Assembly: GCA_963763675.1 (NCBI GenBank)
Contig: CAVXPN010000004.1
Span: 51,156-75,155, forward strand
DNA from: an uncultured Gemmatimonadales bacterium
GTDB lineage: Bacteria > Gemmatimonadota > Gemmatimonadetes > Gemmatimonadales > Gemmatimonadaceae
Length of the DNA: 24,000 nt
Reading direction: 5' to 3'
Shown here: piece by piece, positions 23,298 through 24,000 of the stretch
Layout: the number at the start of each line of letters is the position of its first letter
How positions within the stretch are numbered: position 1 is the first letter of the stretch
The notes under the pieces: generated by a model
Database searches by the model: none
Told to the model about the DNA's origin: nothing
What the model saw: only the letters and a program-made list of their open reading frames with translations
Program-made: the position numbers and the translations under genes

Positions 23298-24000
23298 CGA
23301 GTTCTGGTGCGGGGGCGGTGGTGAAGCGGGCCGGGATCTCGTAGGGCTTCGCGTGCAGGAGGACGCTGTACGCGATGTGCAACAGCTGGTGCGCGACGTG
23401 GCTGAGGGCGACCAAGTACGGCTTGCCCTTCGCACGCTGGGCATCGTAGATCGCCTGGCACTGCGGGTCGGTGCGCGCGGCCGAGCGCGCGGCGAGCATC
23501 ACGGCGCGCCGCACGTAGCGGTTACCGCGCTTGCTCATGCGGGCGTGGCCGGCGGAGCGGCCCGACTGCTTCACCTGCGCGTCGAGGCCGACGGCCGCGA
23601 CGAGCTTGTCGGCCCCATGTCTTGGCTTGCGCACCAGGCGCGTCTGCTCGCGCGCCTGCTCGCGCGCCTGCTCGGCGAAGCGCGTCATCGGCGGGAGCTC
23701 GGCGACCCACGTCCGCACCGTCTCGCGGCCGAAGCCCGGGATGCTCGCGAGCAGGGCGCGCACGGGGGCGTCCTCGGCCTGCAGCGCGTCGAGGCGCTCG
23801 CCTAACTCGGCCACGTGCGCCCGCAGCTGCTCGAGATGCGCGACCAGCGTTTGCACGGCGATGGCGGCCGCGCCGTATGGGTCGACCACACCGACGGAAG
23901 CCGCGGCGCACGCGTGCAGTTCACGCGCGGTCGCGGCCCCGAGGTGGCCGTGGCTCGCCGTGTGGAGCACGCGCGTGACCTCGGACGCGCGCGCGTGGGC
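23281..24000 (-). CDS. IS110-family transposase, partial (continues beyond the window)
   Basis: 'LLASIPGFGRETVRTWVAELPPMTRF...KLVAAVGLDAQVKQSGRSAGHARMSKRGNRYVRRAVMLAARSAARTDPQCQAIYDAQRAKGKPYLVALSHVAHQLLHIAYSVL' = transposase_20 part; frame open to 24000. Confidence 0.9.
   Translation of the reverse strand, partial: AHARASEVTRVLHTASHGHLGAATARELHACAAASVGVVDPYGAAAIAVQTLVAHLEQLRAHVAELGERLDALQAEDAPVRALLASIPGFGRETVRTWVAELPPMTRFAEQAREQAREQTRLVRKPRHGADKLVAAVGLDAQVKQSGRSAGHARMSKRGNRYVRRAVMLAARSAARTDPQCQAIYDAQRAKGKPYLVALSHVAHQLLHIAYSVLLHAKPYEIPARFTTAPAPELVMAGA

Noticed and set aside
1-24000. Regularly spaced ~118-bp repeats as CRISPR or REP arrays
   Set aside because: Repeats contain R''/R' integron boxes and separate full genes of variable length; no short spacers and no cas genes.

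Overview
High-GC window dominated by a sedentary-type integron cassette array. From ~4.57 kb to at least 23.26 kb I read 19 gene cassettes. Their genes are on the + strand and each cassette ends in an attC-like site (typically 117-120 bp; two short ones of 97-98 bp). The sites have R'' (RYYYAAC) and R' (GTTRRRY) boxes, a conserved extrahelical G, and compensatory arm changes. No intI gene is visible, and the left flank (1-4.5 kb) carries decayed IS630/IS1182-type transposases, a lipoprotein gene and a YopT-like (C58) cysteine protease. Cassette cargo includes an antitoxin/RelE-ParE-like toxin pair present as two apparently identical cassette copies 15,522 bp apart, a DinB-like protein, a HEAT-like protein, a PD-(D/E)XK-like nuclease, a PEP-CTERM protein, a TonB-plug-like lipoprotein, a DUF1801-like protein and an HExxH peptidase. 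Main findings: (1) a canonical-looking type III hammerhead ribozyme inside one cassette (10767-10820); (2) an IS1111/IS110-type element inserted exactly in the right arm of an attC, whose 3' non-coding end contains ordered matches to left target, right target, left donor and right donor, i.e. a likely bridge/seeker RNA that targets attC hairpin arms; (3) an IS1182-like element inserted in the R' box of another attC and a second IS110-type element breaking a third attC; (4) attC arm covariation across the array. All calls come from reading the sequence; no database search or folding program was run.
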